This document shows positions 32,624 to 44,185 of a stretch of 64,000 nt of DNA, piece by piece (the stretch's first letter is position 1; each line of letters opens with the position of its first letter). The notes beneath the pieces were generated by a model. It saw only the letters and a program-made list of their open reading frames with translations. It did not search any database and was not told the DNA's origin. A program made the position numbers and the translations under genes. The DNA comes from an uncultured Chloroflexia bacterium (GTDB lineage Bacteria; Chloroflexota; Anaerolineae; Anaerolineales; UBA4823): contig CAVSBZ010000005.1 in the NCBI GenBank assembly GCA_963726315.1, positions 1,930,947-1,994,946 of the forward strand. Direction: 5' to 3'.

Positions 32624-34046
32624 GCCGCAATCCTCGGATAAGCCAAAACGTATCTTGGGAGCTTCAGCCCGCAATCAGCGGTTGATTCGCATTAGCAGAA
32701 AAACTGAATCAGAGCATAAACGGCAATTCCCGGTTGCGATGCAATTGGTGACAGGATTGATCGTGCTCATCGCCATTGGGACCGCCTTGTTGATGCTCCC
32801 TGGCGCCAGCACGCACAAGCTGTCGTTGATGGAGGCCTTGTTCACATCGACCTCAGCTTCCGCAGTGACCGGTTTGAGTCTGTTCGCCATCAGTACAGAC
32901 CTAACCATCTGGGGGCAACTTATCCTGATGTTGCTGATCCAGGTTGGTGGGGTTGGTTTTATCGTCACTGTTGTGATGATTTTCCGCATGATCGGACACC
33001 AGCTAACCCTGGGTGAAAGATTGACTGTCACCAGCTCGCTGGGATTGGATCGCCCAGAAGAGATCGCCAGGGTCATGGTGAGGGCGATTGGTCTGATGTT
33101 AGTTATTGAGGCGATAGGCGCCACCTTGCTCTTTCTCCATTGGAGGATTTCCGGGATCGTGCCACCGGGTAAAGCTGTCTTCTATGCTATCTTCCATGCA
33201 GTCACTGCATATTGCAACGCAGGATTTGACCTGTTCTTTGGTCTTCCCCAATATCCCAATGGCATACCCACCGATCCAATCAGTCTGATTATCCTCGGTG
33301 GATTGATCATCCTGGGGGGGCTGGGAATACCGGTCTATATGGATTTGATCTTTCGGCGCAGGCGCCCTTTTTCACTCCACACGCGCCTGACTGTTGCCAT
33401 TGCTATAATCCTCATTCTATTTGGCTGGGCTGGATTGCTGATATCCGAGTACCGCCAGACAGGCGTCTTAAGCAGTATGCCGTTCGATCAGCGCGCCATC
33501 CTAACCTGGTTTCAGTCCGTCTCTGCCCGCACAGCCGGATTCCCAGGTTTACCCGGTTTTAGTGAACTTAATTTCCCCAGCATATGGATGTTGATCACAT
33601 TAATGTTTATTGGTACCGCACCTGCTTCCACGGGCGGCGGGATTACGACTGGAACACTGGTCGTCCTATTGCTGGCAGTTATTAGTTATGCGCGCGGGTT
33701 GGATAAAATCCGCATCGGAAAACATACCCTTCCATCAGCATTAATATTGCGGGCGTTGGTGGTCTTTGTGATCAGTTTAAGCCTGGTAATCCTGGCGACA
33801 TGGCTGCTAATGTTGACCAATCCATTCTCCATGGATCAATCCTTATTTGAAGTCGTGTCTGCTTACTCGACAACCGGGTTATCCCTTGGTATCACCACGG
33901 GTTTGAATACAATCGGTCGGCTGATCATTATTTTCACCATGTTTGCCGGTCGCCTGGGAGCAATCACCATTATGATTTCATTAATGGGACGGGATAAGAG
34001 CAGGAAATTGGTCGATTATCCGGAAGAATCCATTTTAATTGGTTGA
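32616..34046 (+). CDS. K+ transporter membrane subunit (TrkH/KtrB-like)
   Basis: Polytopic protein with repeated pore-loop-like TGLS/NAGF/TAGF/TTGLS segments. Start set at ATG 32616, overlapping the trkA stop; the ORF track starts at 32574. Confidence 0.85.
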   Translation: MNKPQSSDKPKRILGASARNQRLIRISRKTESEHKRQFPVAMQLVTGLIVLIAIGTALLMLPGASTHKLSLMEALFTSTSASAVTGLSLFAISTDLTIWGQLILMLLIQVGGVGFIVTVVMIFRMIGHQLTLGERLTVTSSLGLDRPEEIARVMVRAIGLMLVIEAIGATLLFLHWRISGIVPPGKAVFYAIFHAVTAYCNAGFDLFFGLPQYPNGIPTDPISLIILGGLIILGGLGIPVYMDLIFRRRRPFSLHTRLTVAIAIILILFGWAGLLISEYRQTGVLSSMPFDQRAILTWFQSVSARTAGFPGLPGFSELNFPSIWMLITLMFIGTAPASTGGGITTGTLVVLLLAVISYARGLDKIRIGKHTLPSALILRALVVFVISLSLVILATWLLMLTNPFSMDQSLFEVVSAYSTTGLSLGITTGLNTIGRLIIIFTMFAGRLGAITIMISLMGRDKSRKLVDYPEESILIG

Positions 34047-34126
34047 ACCATCGTAGATATTGGATTAGGTTTGCCCATGCGCTTTCTGATAGAATTAAGT
34101 TAGTCAATCCCTAAGGAGGGAACTCC

Positions 34127-35998
34127 ATGCGTCGAGTCATCATAATTATCGTCCTGCTGACCATTATCTTGGTCATACCGTTGAGCATTGTCGAGGCACA
34201 GGGCAATCCTCCTGTTCAAGAAATCATCGGCTCTCTTGCGGCTGATCAAACTGATGTTTTTCTCATATCGGGTTTGAAGAAAGGTCAGACCCTGGATGCG
34301 TTGATGGAAAATAGCTCCGGGAACTTGGACCCGATTCTATCGATCCTCTCAGGTGACATAGATCTCCCGGCGACATTGGCTAGTTTTAAAAAGGATCTCG
34401 ATAACCTGATCGCTAGCTCAGCCAATCCGCTGCTTGACCTGCCAGCATTACGGGATAAGTACACATTAGTCTGGAATGATGATAGCGGCACCGGTCATAA
34501 CGCTGCCCTGAAGTTCACCGTACCAAACGACGGTAACTATTACTTGTTGGTAGGTGCCTCTCTTTCTGCCGCAGGACGTTCGACCACCGGCAATTACCGC
34601 CTGCTCCTCGGTTTGGATGCACCAAAAGTATTGGATGGAACCGCAACTTCAACCGGTGCGGTCATCGCAGTCCAAAACCAGGAAGCGATCGGTGCTCACC
34701 TGATGCAGGAGCTTAACGGAAGCATAACCACTAATATTCCTTCTGTTTCAATCAGGCTGAACGATTTCAACCGGGGAGACACCTTGTTTGTATACTTACA
34801 GACCACCTCAGGTGATCTCAAGCCTATTCTAATTCTGCGGGATTATGCCGATAAACCTGTACAGGTGAGCAATATAAACGGGCAAGATAGTACGGTTACA
34901 TTACAGCAGGCATTCCCTGATGGAGGTTCGAACTTTACCCTGGACATCACACCAGCCGTTCAAAATGGGCAGTCCACCAGTGGGGATTTCAAGTTGCAGG
35001 TAGGCATCAACGCTCCTGAGGTCCTTGAAGGGCTGGGGCAACCCATCAGTGATAATGTAATGATCTTGGCTATCCCGGTGAAAGTAGGCCTTAAACTTCA
35101 GCAGATTATTAATATCGACCAGCCGAATGAGATCATGAACGATGTGGGTACATTGAGGTTGGATTGGACCGATCCAGCGCTGGCTTTCAATCCTGATAGC
35201 TGCAGATGCAATTCCAAGCTGTATACAGAGAACGATTTCAACCAGTTCCTCTCAGACGTCGATGGCAAATGGCCAGATTTTACTTTCTTCAACCAGCAAG
35301 GCAATCGTTGGATACTAAACCGCATTATCCAGGTGGAATCGAACGGGCATGTGAATTACCTGGAGCGCTTCTCAACCAATTTCCAGATCGATTTCGACTG
35401 GACTGCGTATCCATTTGACACCCAGGATTTTTATATAAAGGTCGATATGCTTTTCGCAGAAGACCAATATGTGTTCGTCCCACTGGAAAATTATTCTGAG
35501 ATCGACCCCCTCAATGGTGAAGATGAATTTATCTTGACTGGCTTTGATACGAAGATCAGCACTGAGACTTCAAGCCGCTTGGTGCCAACCAGTCGGTTCT
35601 CTTTCCATTTTTCAGCGCCGCGCCACCTCAGTTATTACATCTTTCGCTTTTTTGTGCCCATCTTATTGATCATCATCGTTTCCTACATCACCTTCTTCCT
35701 CAAGGATTACACCCGGCGTATCGAGATTGCAACTGGCAACCTGCTGTTATTCATCGCCTTCAGCTTCAGCCTGGGTGATAACTACCCGCGCATGGGCTAC
35801 CTGACTTTCATGGACGCCATTATGGCGATCACATTTATCATAAATACGGTGGTGGTAGTGTTGAATGTGTACTTTAAGTGGCTGGAGCAGAAGGACCAGC
35901 GTGAGAAAGCTGACCGTCTGGAGGCACCATTTAATTATCTCTACCCGCTGGCTTATCTGATCTCATTCGGTCTGGCTGCATTTATTTTCTTGCGCTAA
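34127..35998 (+). CDS. Pentameric ligand-gated ion channel (pLGIC/Cys-loop family) with a ~300-aa N-terminal extension of two PPC-like beta-sandwich modules
   Basis: Signal peptide. Two internal repeats end in GNYRLLLGLDAPKVLDG and GDFKLQVGINAPEVLEG. A pLGIC ligand-binding domain follows, with the YPFDTQ loop signature and four C-terminal TM helices. Confidence 0.8.
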   Translation: MRRVIIIIVLLTIILVIPLSIVEAQGNPPVQEIIGSLAADQTDVFLISGLKKGQTLDALMENSSGNLDPILSILSGDIDLPATLASFKKDLDNLIASSANPLLDLPALRDKYTLVWNDDSGTGHNAALKFTVPNDGNYYLLVGASLSAAGRSTTGNYRLLLGLDAPKVLDGTATSTGAVIAVQNQEAIGAHLMQELNGSITTNIPSVSIRLNDFNRGDTLFVYLQTTSGDLKPILILRDYADKPVQVSNINGQDSTVTLQQAFPDGGSNFTLDITPAVQNGQSTSGDFKLQVGINAPEVLEGLGQPISDNVMILAIPVKVGLKLQQIINIDQPNEIMNDVGTLRLDWTDPALAFNPDSCRCNSKLYTENDFNQFLSDVDGKWPDFTFFNQQGNRWILNRIIQVESNGHVNYLERFSTNFQIDFDWTAYPFDTQDFYIKVDMLFAEDQYVFVPLENYSEIDPLNGEDEFILTGFDTKISTETSSRLVPTSRFSFHFSAPRHLSYYIFRFFVPILLIIIVSYITFFLKDYTRRIEIATGNLLLFIAFSFSLGDNYPRMGYLTFMDAIMAITFIINTVVVVLNVYFKWLEQKDQREKADRLEAPFNYLYPLAYLISFGLAAFIFLR

Positions 35999-36047
35999 GA
36001 CCGAACACCGGTTAGCTCTGTCGTTCACAGTCCTCTTCACAGTGGGC

Positions 36048-39000
36048 TTATTTGCGATATACACTCGGTAGATAGGTCCACATTCCGGTTTTGACCGTGA
36101 TCGAGCTGCCAACATCATTCCCGATAACCCGGCTATCCACATGGCGGAAGCGCAAATAGACCTGTTCATTTCTGTCTGAAGTCCACACCAGCAGCGTGTT
36201 TTCCCCAAATTCCGCCGGAGCAGACTCAGCCAAAAGTGTAGTTCCATCCTGGGCGTATAAGCTAATCAATGTTGCAGCTGGCTGGCTTTTCGCAATGCTA
36301 TTCACGAGATAATGCTCCCCTTCAGCCACAGTGAATTTCGTCCAATCTTCGTCACTCTGATAATCCGGCGTAAGGGGGTTGCAAAAATTATGGTACTGGC
36401 TGGCGCCATTCGGAAATATCATGCTGGCGTTGGCAGGAGTATTATCGTTCCCTGAAGTATCGTAACTATCAGGGGCAAAACAGATCACATCTGCGTCCGG
36501 GATGGAGGTGCTCACCTCGGCATCTGCAGGATATGTCTCGGTATTACCTGAATGGTCGACCGCATGCATACGGTAGGAATGGCTATTCCCGGGCTCGCCG
36601 ATGATCCAGTAATAAGTATTCGACCCATCGATGGGCGGTAGGGTGATCCAATTGCCGGCGATCCCTTTCTCTTGTATCTCAACAAAATCGATCCCTGATA
36701 AATTATCCAATCCGATCCATTTAAGTTGGAAGGCATTGCTGGGTTGAGTTGCTGCCAATGGTTCCATGGATGTGGAGGGTGCTGTTTTATCGATCCCTAC
36801 GCCCCAGGCACCATTGCCAGTCCAATTTCCAGCCTTATCATAAACCTGAACAAACACCGCACCATCATTCCCCTCAGGCTGCCCAACCGGGCTAAAGGTC
36901 ATGCCCCAGCCATCCGAACCATCATAGTCGATCCCTATTTCTTCCCAAATTCCAGACACCCAATTCGTTGAATGCCAATAAAACTCCACCCGATCAACCC
37001 CATTGTTAATATCATTGGCATCCGCCGTCAGGAGCATATCCGAGTCTGGCAGGTAGGTGTTCGAGGTTGGCCAGGTAAGTTCTGCAGATGGTGTGATATG
37101 GTCTTCGAATAACCGGATGGTATAGGCATAACCTTCCCCACCTACCAGCGGGTGTTTCCAGGCTTTGAGCTTCAGGTAATACATGCCATCTGCAGGCAAT
37201 GTGTAACCAATCAGCGGGTCACGTTGTTCAGGGAAAACTTCATCGTCGTTCTCAGCCAGGACAGAGCTACCATCTGTATCCAATAGGTACAGGTAAGAAT
37301 CCAATGGTGAGCCGTCAACCATCGCGTCAATGTCGGCCACAATACGGTCGCCAGAGTGTCCATAAAACTTATAAAAGTCATAATCCCCGTTCGGGCAAAT
37401 TTCTCCAGGAACCTTGATAGTGGGATCATAAGCCAGTAAAAATGCCTGAGCTGGAGATTCATCCTGCCGATTATCGGTACAATTTCCAGGTGGTGTGGCT
37501 GTGATGCTGAAATCATCGATCCCCCACCCAGGATAATTATTGGCAGACGTATCTAGGGTCGCAAATTGGAATCGGACCCGAATATTGTGTCCATTATAGG
37601 CACTCAGGTCGATCGGTTTATTCCTCAACCAGCTGGACGTCTCAGGCATTTGCGGATCATCAGCCATTTGAACCAGGTTCTGGAATGGACCTCTGTCCAC
37701 CGAGATTTGCACCCAACGCTGGTCCCATATCGTGCCTGTCGATTCGGTCTGGTAGCGGTAATAGAATCTTAAGAAGTAACCAGGAGCTGTAATATCTGTC
37801 GGTGGTGAGGTTAAATTGCCTGAATTTGCTTGATCACCAGCGTAATCGCCGAATTCATTCTGGTACCACCAGCTGTTAGAACCGCTGTGAGCCATTCCAG
37901 GGTCGCCCTTGTAAGTCCACAATCCATCATGCGCCCATTTTGATTCGCTGTATTCCATCGTGTCGCTGTAAGGTATTGTCTCCAATGGTGGAAAGATGAT
38001 CGGTGATTCTATGGTGAAATTAGATTTTGCAGTCCATGGGCTTAATCCGGCAGCATTCCTTGCCTGCACCCTCCAGCTATACGCACCCAATATCATCGAG
38101 ATCAACATAGCGCATAGGGTCAGTCTGCCATGGATATGTCTTGTATAAATTCGAATCTAAATAGATCTCAAGTTTATATTCAGCGGCTCCGCCACCATTT
38201 CGCCACGAAAACGGGATAATATCTCCAGCTCTGAATTGGGATATCTCTACAGGCATGACCAAAACTGGAGCCAATGGTGCTGCGTCACGCGGAGCAACTT
38301 TTATTGACGACAGACTGTTTCCGGGCACCGGTGCGTACTGCATGTAAGCGCTGTCTTCAGATAAAACCTGGGAATGCCCAGAGTAATTTTCGTCAGAATA
38401 CAGGGTGGCAATGACATTCTCTCCTACCAGCACTAAATCGGCATCATCATTCCCAAGTGGGTTCAGCGATTGTCCGGTGGGGTAATCTCCAATCCCGAAT
38501 TTTACACATCCCCCCAGGTAATATGGATCTTCAAATAATGTCACCTGGTCTGCCCCAGGGATGCAGCTCGGTGGTGGGATTGGACAGGTATAATTTTTTA
38601 TAAAGTGGGTCAGACCGACCCGCGGGGCAGGATTACCTGCTACGTCATACAGAAGCAGAGCTACACTCACCGGTCCATTCTCTACCGGTAGGGCTGGGTT
38701 ACACAAATCCCATTGATATGTAAAATCGGGGTTGAAATGAGATCCTAGATTGTGCCAGGATCCATTGAAATTTGCCACCACTTGCCCGTAATCCAGACCC
38801 GATAGGTCATCCACGCCCGACCCGGTCAGGGTAATGGTTTGTGTCTCGACGAGCTCACCACTGACCACTCCCGCCAATTCGCCCGTCGGTGGCGTTGAGT
38901 CACCCAGGTAGTAATTCCCAGATAAGTATGTTTGCTGAAAGACGTCACAGATATCACTATCACGGCAGTACGCATCATCCAATGGATGTACCCGCGGCCT

Positions 39001-40001
39001 GCCACCGTTGATGCTTACATCGTCGAAGGTCATATCCAGGGCTGTATTCCAATATGGGTTCCCCGTAGGCCAAATAGGCTGGTGTTCAACCTGAAAGTGA
39101 AGGTGGGAGCCTGTGCTGGCTCCGGTATTATCCGCCAGGGCAATAAATTGACCCCTGGCAACAGGCGCACCGACCGATTTCAATGCCGGTGGGATAGTGC
39201 CTTGGGATAAATGCATATACAGTTGGAAGATGGATCGGATCATCGATGTTCCTGATCACAATGAAATTGACTTTGCTGTGATCACAATCCTGTACCGAAT
39301 CATCCCATCCCCACACTGTGCCGGCTCGCGAAGCGTAGATGCTAAAATTATAACCTTCCGTACCAGAAAGATTCTGAATTACCTCCCCCGGCTGGGCAAA
39401 CTTGAGTACCCGGGTAATAGAAATCGAAAGCATAATGTGCAGTGTCGAAATCAGCATCGTGACCCACGCTGCGGGATAGATAACCAGTTTGACCCCCGTG
39501 CCAGGGAAGGAAGTATCCGCTCTGGGTCGGGTAAGCTTCTACCGTTCCCTGATCCATCGCCAGCCACATATCTTTTTCGTCCGCAGACATCAGGTCATCC
39601 GGAAGCGACTTTAAAGCCTCCTGCCAGCCAGCATCGGAAGGTAGGAGAACCGTCCATTGTCCATTCGTCAGGTGAGTGATCGCCAATCCTGGTTCGATGG
39701 GTACTACAGACTGGGTTTGGGGGTCATAATATACTACCCAGGCAGTTGCCCACTGCTCATCCTGGGATATTTTGATATCGGTGACTTGCAGGTCGCTCGC
39801 CAATCCACTTTGAACGTAGTTTTTGCTCGCTGCGATGGCATCAATAACAGCTTGCTCGATTTGATCTTCGAGCACCTGTGTATCGCCGGAAGATGGTTTT
39901 GGCTCGGCATATAGCGCTGAAGAGGATGCCGTGGGGAGCGAGAAAATGAATAAGCAGACGATAACGGTGATAGAAACAAGAATTACTTTTTTATATTTCA
40001 T
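36048..40001 (-). pseudogene. Very large secreted M23 (LytM-type) metallopeptidase with FN3/Ig-like, MAM-like and PPC domains; frame broken at three places
   Basis: Four overlapping ORFs (39348..40001, 39128..39457, 38077..39243, 36048..38108) read as one protein. It has a signal peptide, M23 motifs HDADFD ... GSHLHFQV, and PPC-type segments (DYDFYKFYG...AENDDE). The joins are at 39385-39389 (C5), ~39221-39245 and ~38085-38100. Confidence 0.75.
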
Positions 40002-40356
40002 TACCCATTCTCCAAACAGTCAACACCAGTGTAATCAGGCAAATTTCCACGCCACACTACCATTTTACACGAAACTACAAAACTGGAAGCTAGCCAGTAG
40101 AATTTTACCTGGCAACCTTCCCGTTGCAAGTTCTCCGCCAGCTCACATGCAGGCTTATCCGTCTGTTTCGATCTCAAAATCAGTATTTCTACCTTGTATA
40201 TATGGTAGATTCTCGTCGATCCACCAATCAACAGGATACAGCTAGCAATCCTTCTTCACAGTAATTAGATAAATTGGAGTTAATTCATAATCTATGGTAA
40301 AATTTACTAAGGCCTAATGTAACCCCTGGTCAAATTAATAATATATGAGGGAATGT

Positions 40357-42852
40357 ATGAACAAATATAGCCGATTTACACAAACCTTATCACTTGTAGT
40401 GATCCTTTCGATTACTCTTGCTTTCCTTAACTCCTCTTTAGCATTTGCCCAACCAACTCCGGCTGTAAATGAAGATTGGCGCGACAGTGATTATGCTTTC
40501 AATGCAAGCATGATGGACACGGATCAAAACGGTAACGTCTTTGTCCTTGGTGATACAGCCGCAGGCAATTATCTGCAAATAAAAAAATTCAGCCCATCTG
40601 GCTCTTTGCTCTGGCAGACAACATATAATCCTCCAGAAAGACTGGTAGGCACCTGGATGGCTGTCGACAGTAACGGAGATGCCATCATGCTGGCGTCCAT
40701 GGTCTCTGGTGGTAATAATACCCCCTCTGGATGGCTGACCCTGAAATACGATTCAAATGGCAACCTGCTATGGTTAAATAGTCTGCCTGGTCCATTCTAT
40801 TACGCTAGTAGGGTGAAAGTTGACAACAGTAATAATATTTATGTAGCCGGGAGTATGTGGTTGACCAATCCCTTCGGCGATACCACCCATGACTCGGTCT
40901 TGATCAAATATTCTCCCACCGGATCGACCCTATGGACAGCAGTCTTCGACAACAACGGTGCCGTCGATAGACCTACATCTCTGGTTATCTCACCGGATAA
41001 TAGCCGAGTTGGAATCGCCGGTGTTAGCGGCAACCTGTTCATGGCACTCATGTATGACTCTGACGGCAACCAGTTGTGGGCAAATACAGACAGTAATCTA
41101 TACCCTGCAAATGACCTGGCATTTGGCACCGGAAATATCGCCTATTTTTCCACAGGCAGTTATTTTCCACAGGATCCAAATCCTTATCAGATGGCAATCG
41201 TGAAATTTGACGCCTCGGGAAATCAGTCCTGGATACATAGCTACAACGTCGGTGATCGCGCATTATATATCGGGGTAGATTACCAGGGGAATATCTTGGC
41301 TACAGGCATAGACGGGATATATATGGATTGGATGACGATCAAGACAGATGCCGATGGTAATCTGCTTTGGTCTCAGAGATATGATGGTGGAAAGAATAAT
41401 GATGAAACCCCCAATATGCTGGCAATCGACTCTTCAGGTGCGGTTTATATAACCGGTAAAGGTGGACCTAATCCAAGTTCCGGGAATATTTCCTACGTCA
41501 AAGGTGTGATGGTTAAATACAATCCGGATGGTTCACCTGGATGGGCAGTGTGGGATGATTATGCAAACGGTAAAGCATTCCGGCTTGGTACGGGTGACAC
41601 ACTCGCAACCCTCGCCTGGGCTTATCTTGTAACCACGCATTATACCCAGACGGGTCTACCAGATCTCACCCCGAACGCACCGACCAATCTAACCGGTTAT
41701 GCGTCGTTCGATGGTTTCCATTATGATGTAATATTAACCTTCAACGATAATTCTAATAATGAGTTTTGGGTTGAGGCTGAACGCTGTACGGGCGTAGGAT
41801 GCACAGACTTTACCAAGGTTGCCCAGACACGCGGCGAAAACAGTACGACAACGTCTGATCTTAATGTCCCTGAAGGCGTTACTTATACTTACCGGGTGCA
41901 GGCGAAAGGTTTCATGGGTGGTTCAGATTATTCAAATACGATCGAGATTACCGTACCCAATTCGCCTCCCATTGCCGAACCGGATGCTTATATTACCGGG
42001 GAAAACACTCCCCTAGTGGTTCCTGTTCCTGGGGTACTCAGTAATGACACCGATCCAAATAGTGATCCGCTGGTAGCATTCCTTGATTTAAGTGTCAGTC
42101 ACGGAATATTAGTACTGGAGCCAAACGGCTCATTCGTCTACACACCGACCCTCAGTTACATCGGTTCCGATAGCTTCACTTACCACGCTAATGATGGCAT
42201 CGACAACTCCAATCTTGTTAGCGTTTCCCTCACCATAACCGGCACCAACACGTCGCCAGTTGCGTTGCATGATACTTCCACGACACCCGAAGACATCCCT
42301 GTGACCATAGATGTATTGGCGAATGATAGTGATGCAGATGGCGACACGCTGAGTGTATCCGGGATTACTCAACCAGCGCATGGTACTGCCATCATCCAGG
42401 ATAACAAAATTCTATTTTCCTCATATTTGAATTATTTCGGAACCGATAGCTTCGGTTACACCATCAGCGATGGTCGTGGTGGAATTGCTTCAGCCAACGT
42501 TAACATCGAAGTGACACCTATAAGTGATCCTCCGATTGCCAATAGTGATACATACACCACCACCCAGGGGAGCACCTTGATCATAAATCCTCCTGGAGTT
42601 TTGCAAAATGATATGGATGTTGATGGAGACCCGCTTACGTCCGTCCTTATAACAGATGTTAGTCAAGGAACCCTGGCACTCGCATTAGATGGCTCATTCA
42701 CATATACCCCTGCATCAGGTTTCAATGGGACCGATCAATTTACCTATCTGGTCAACGATGGATCAGGCAACTCAGCTCCCGTCACCGTCTCAATCGATGT
42801 TATTGCTGTACCTCCGGTATATCAGGTATTTATAGCTTTGCTGATAAGGTAG
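40357..42852 (+). CDS. Secreted beta-propeller-repeat protein with FN3-like domain and four cadherin/VCBS-like Ig domains
   Basis: Signal peptide ending AFAQP. Repeated D-x-x-G-N-hydrophobic blades, then four repeats of the type P(I/V)A..D.Y.T....L.V...GVL.ND.D.DGD.L. Confidence 0.7.
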   Translation: MNKYSRFTQTLSLVVILSITLAFLNSSLAFAQPTPAVNEDWRDSDYAFNASMMDTDQNGNVFVLGDTAAGNYLQIKKFSPSGSLLWQTTYNPPERLVGTWMAVDSNGDAIMLASMVSGGNNTPSGWLTLKYDSNGNLLWLNSLPGPFYYASRVKVDNSNNIYVAGSMWLTNPFGDTTHDSVLIKYSPTGSTLWTAVFDNNGAVDRPTSLVISPDNSRVGIAGVSGNLFMALMYDSDGNQLWANTDSNLYPANDLAFGTGNIAYFSTGSYFPQDPNPYQMAIVKFDASGNQSWIHSYNVGDRALYIGVDYQGNILATGIDGIYMDWMTIKTDADGNLLWSQRYDGGKNNDETPNMLAIDSSGAVYITGKGGPNPSSGNISYVKGVMVKYNPDGSPGWAVWDDYANGKAFRLGTGDTLATLAWAYLVTTHYTQTGLPDLTPNAPTNLTGYASFDGFHYDVILTFNDNSNNEFWVEAERCTGVGCTDFTKVAQTRGENSTTTSDLNVPEGVTYTYRVQAKGFMGGSDYSNTIEITVPNSPPIAEPDAYITGENTPLVVPVPGVLSNDTDPNSDPLVAFLDLSVSHGILVLEPNGSFVYTPTLSYIGSDSFTYHANDGIDNSNLVSVSLTITGTNTSPVALHDTSTTPEDIPVTIDVLANDSDADGDTLSVSGITQPAHGTAIIQDNKILFSSYLNYFGTDSFGYTISDGRGGIASANVNIEVTPISDPPIANSDTYTTTQGSTLIINPPGVLQNDMDVDGDPLTSVLITDVSQGTLALALDGSFTYTPASGFNGTDQFTYLVNDGSGNSAPVTVSIDVIAVPPVYQVFIALLIR

Positions 42853-42875
42853 GCCTTTCAACCCTATTGAATTCC

Positions 42876-42910
42876 AAAGCCACCTGGATCGTCGTCAGGT
42901 GGCTTTTTGA
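42876..42910 (+). terminator. Rho-independent terminator
   Basis: 11-bp stem AAAGCCACCTG/CAGGTGGCTTT followed by a T-run. Confidence 0.8.
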
Positions 42911-43120
42911 TTCCCAGGTACTCAGGACGAATCTGCTCACCTGATATATACTATTCTCACTTCACTATCGATCGAGCTCAAATCCCCTGGGATTGACCAT
43001 AAAAATTCATCGTCATATAATTGATAATTAGACTGATAATATCTAGATTTTCCACTCGCTTTCCCAAGACGCGCTTATCAGGATGAGTGTGTATCGAATA
43101 GTGTCAGGAGGGACAGATAA

Positions 43121-44074
43121 ATGATGATTGATCCACTAAAGCAACAGTTCACCAAACCAAAGCCAGCGGTCATCAAATGGCTGCTTGATTCCGATCCTTC
43201 AATTCGCTGGCAAGTCATGCGTGACTTGACCACAGAGTCTAATGAGTTAGTTGTAGCCGAGCGCCAGCGGGTAGCCACGCAAGGTTGGGGTGCCCAGCTG
43301 CTTGCCCTCCAGCGTCCAGATGGCAAGTGGGATGGAGAGATCTTTTTAGCTAAGTGGGCTACCACATTTTACGCCCTGCTATTGCTGAAGGATATGGGTC
43401 TTGACCCGAAAAGTGAGCAAGCCCGGATGGCAATAAGTCTCGTGCGCGACAGGGTCACCTGGGGTCAAGAATTCGGAAACCCTCCGTTTTTCGAAGGCGA
43501 GGTTGAGCCTTGTATCAATGGAAGGGTTCTGGCGTTAGGAGCTTACTTCGATGAGCCGAGCGATCGTCTGGTTGACAGGCTCCTCAGCGAGCAGCTTGAG
43601 GATGGAGGTTGGAATTGCGAAGCTCCCCCCAGCCGGCGATCCTCGTTTCACACTACCATCTGCGTTCTGGAAGGGCTGCTAGCGTACGAAAAAGCCAAGG
43701 GAGCCAGTCGAGCGGTGACGGATGCACGCCTCCGAGCACAGGAGTATCTCCTGGTGCGTGGATTGTTCCGCAGGTTGTCAACCGGAGAGGTGATCGACCG
43801 CAACTGGCTGCGCTTTTCGTATCCCCCCACCTGGCACTACGATGTGCTGCGCGGACTGGATTACTTACGCAGTGCCGGTGTTGATCCGGACGAACGAGTT
43901 GTTGAAGCCGTTGCCCTAGTGGCGAAAAAACAGCACCAAAACGGGCGATGGCCGCTTCAGAATCCCCACCTCGATCAAGTCAACTTCAGCATGGAAGGTC
44001 CACCAGGCACTGCCAGCCGGTGGAACACACTGCGCGCCTTACGCGTGTTGGACTGGTATTCCAGGCAAGAATAA
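43121..44074 (+). CDS. Hypothetical protein, possibly alpha/alpha-toroid (prenyltransferase/squalene-cyclase-repeat-like)
   Basis: Repeated DG(K/G)W and NGRW motifs spaced as in terpenoid-cyclase-type repeats. GC is visibly higher than in the flanks. Confidence 0.4.
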   Translation: MMIDPLKQQFTKPKPAVIKWLLDSDPSIRWQVMRDLTTESNELVVAERQRVATQGWGAQLLALQRPDGKWDGEIFLAKWATTFYALLLLKDMGLDPKSEQARMAISLVRDRVTWGQEFGNPPFFEGEVEPCINGRVLALGAYFDEPSDRLVDRLLSEQLEDGGWNCEAPPSRRSSFHTTICVLEGLLAYEKAKGASRAVTDARLRAQEYLLVRGLFRRLSTGEVIDRNWLRFSYPPTWHYDVLRGLDYLRSAGVDPDERVVEAVALVAKKQHQNGRWPLQNPHLDQVNFSMEGPPGTASRWNTLRALRVLDWYSRQE

Positions 44075-44185
44075 CCCAACAGTATGATGCATTACTCTCT
44101 CAATTCAGCCATTTTTTTCATGTAGAAGAGAACTGCCCAACGATTTAAGCCTAGAAGGAAATAGGAACACCGCAACTGAAGATGA

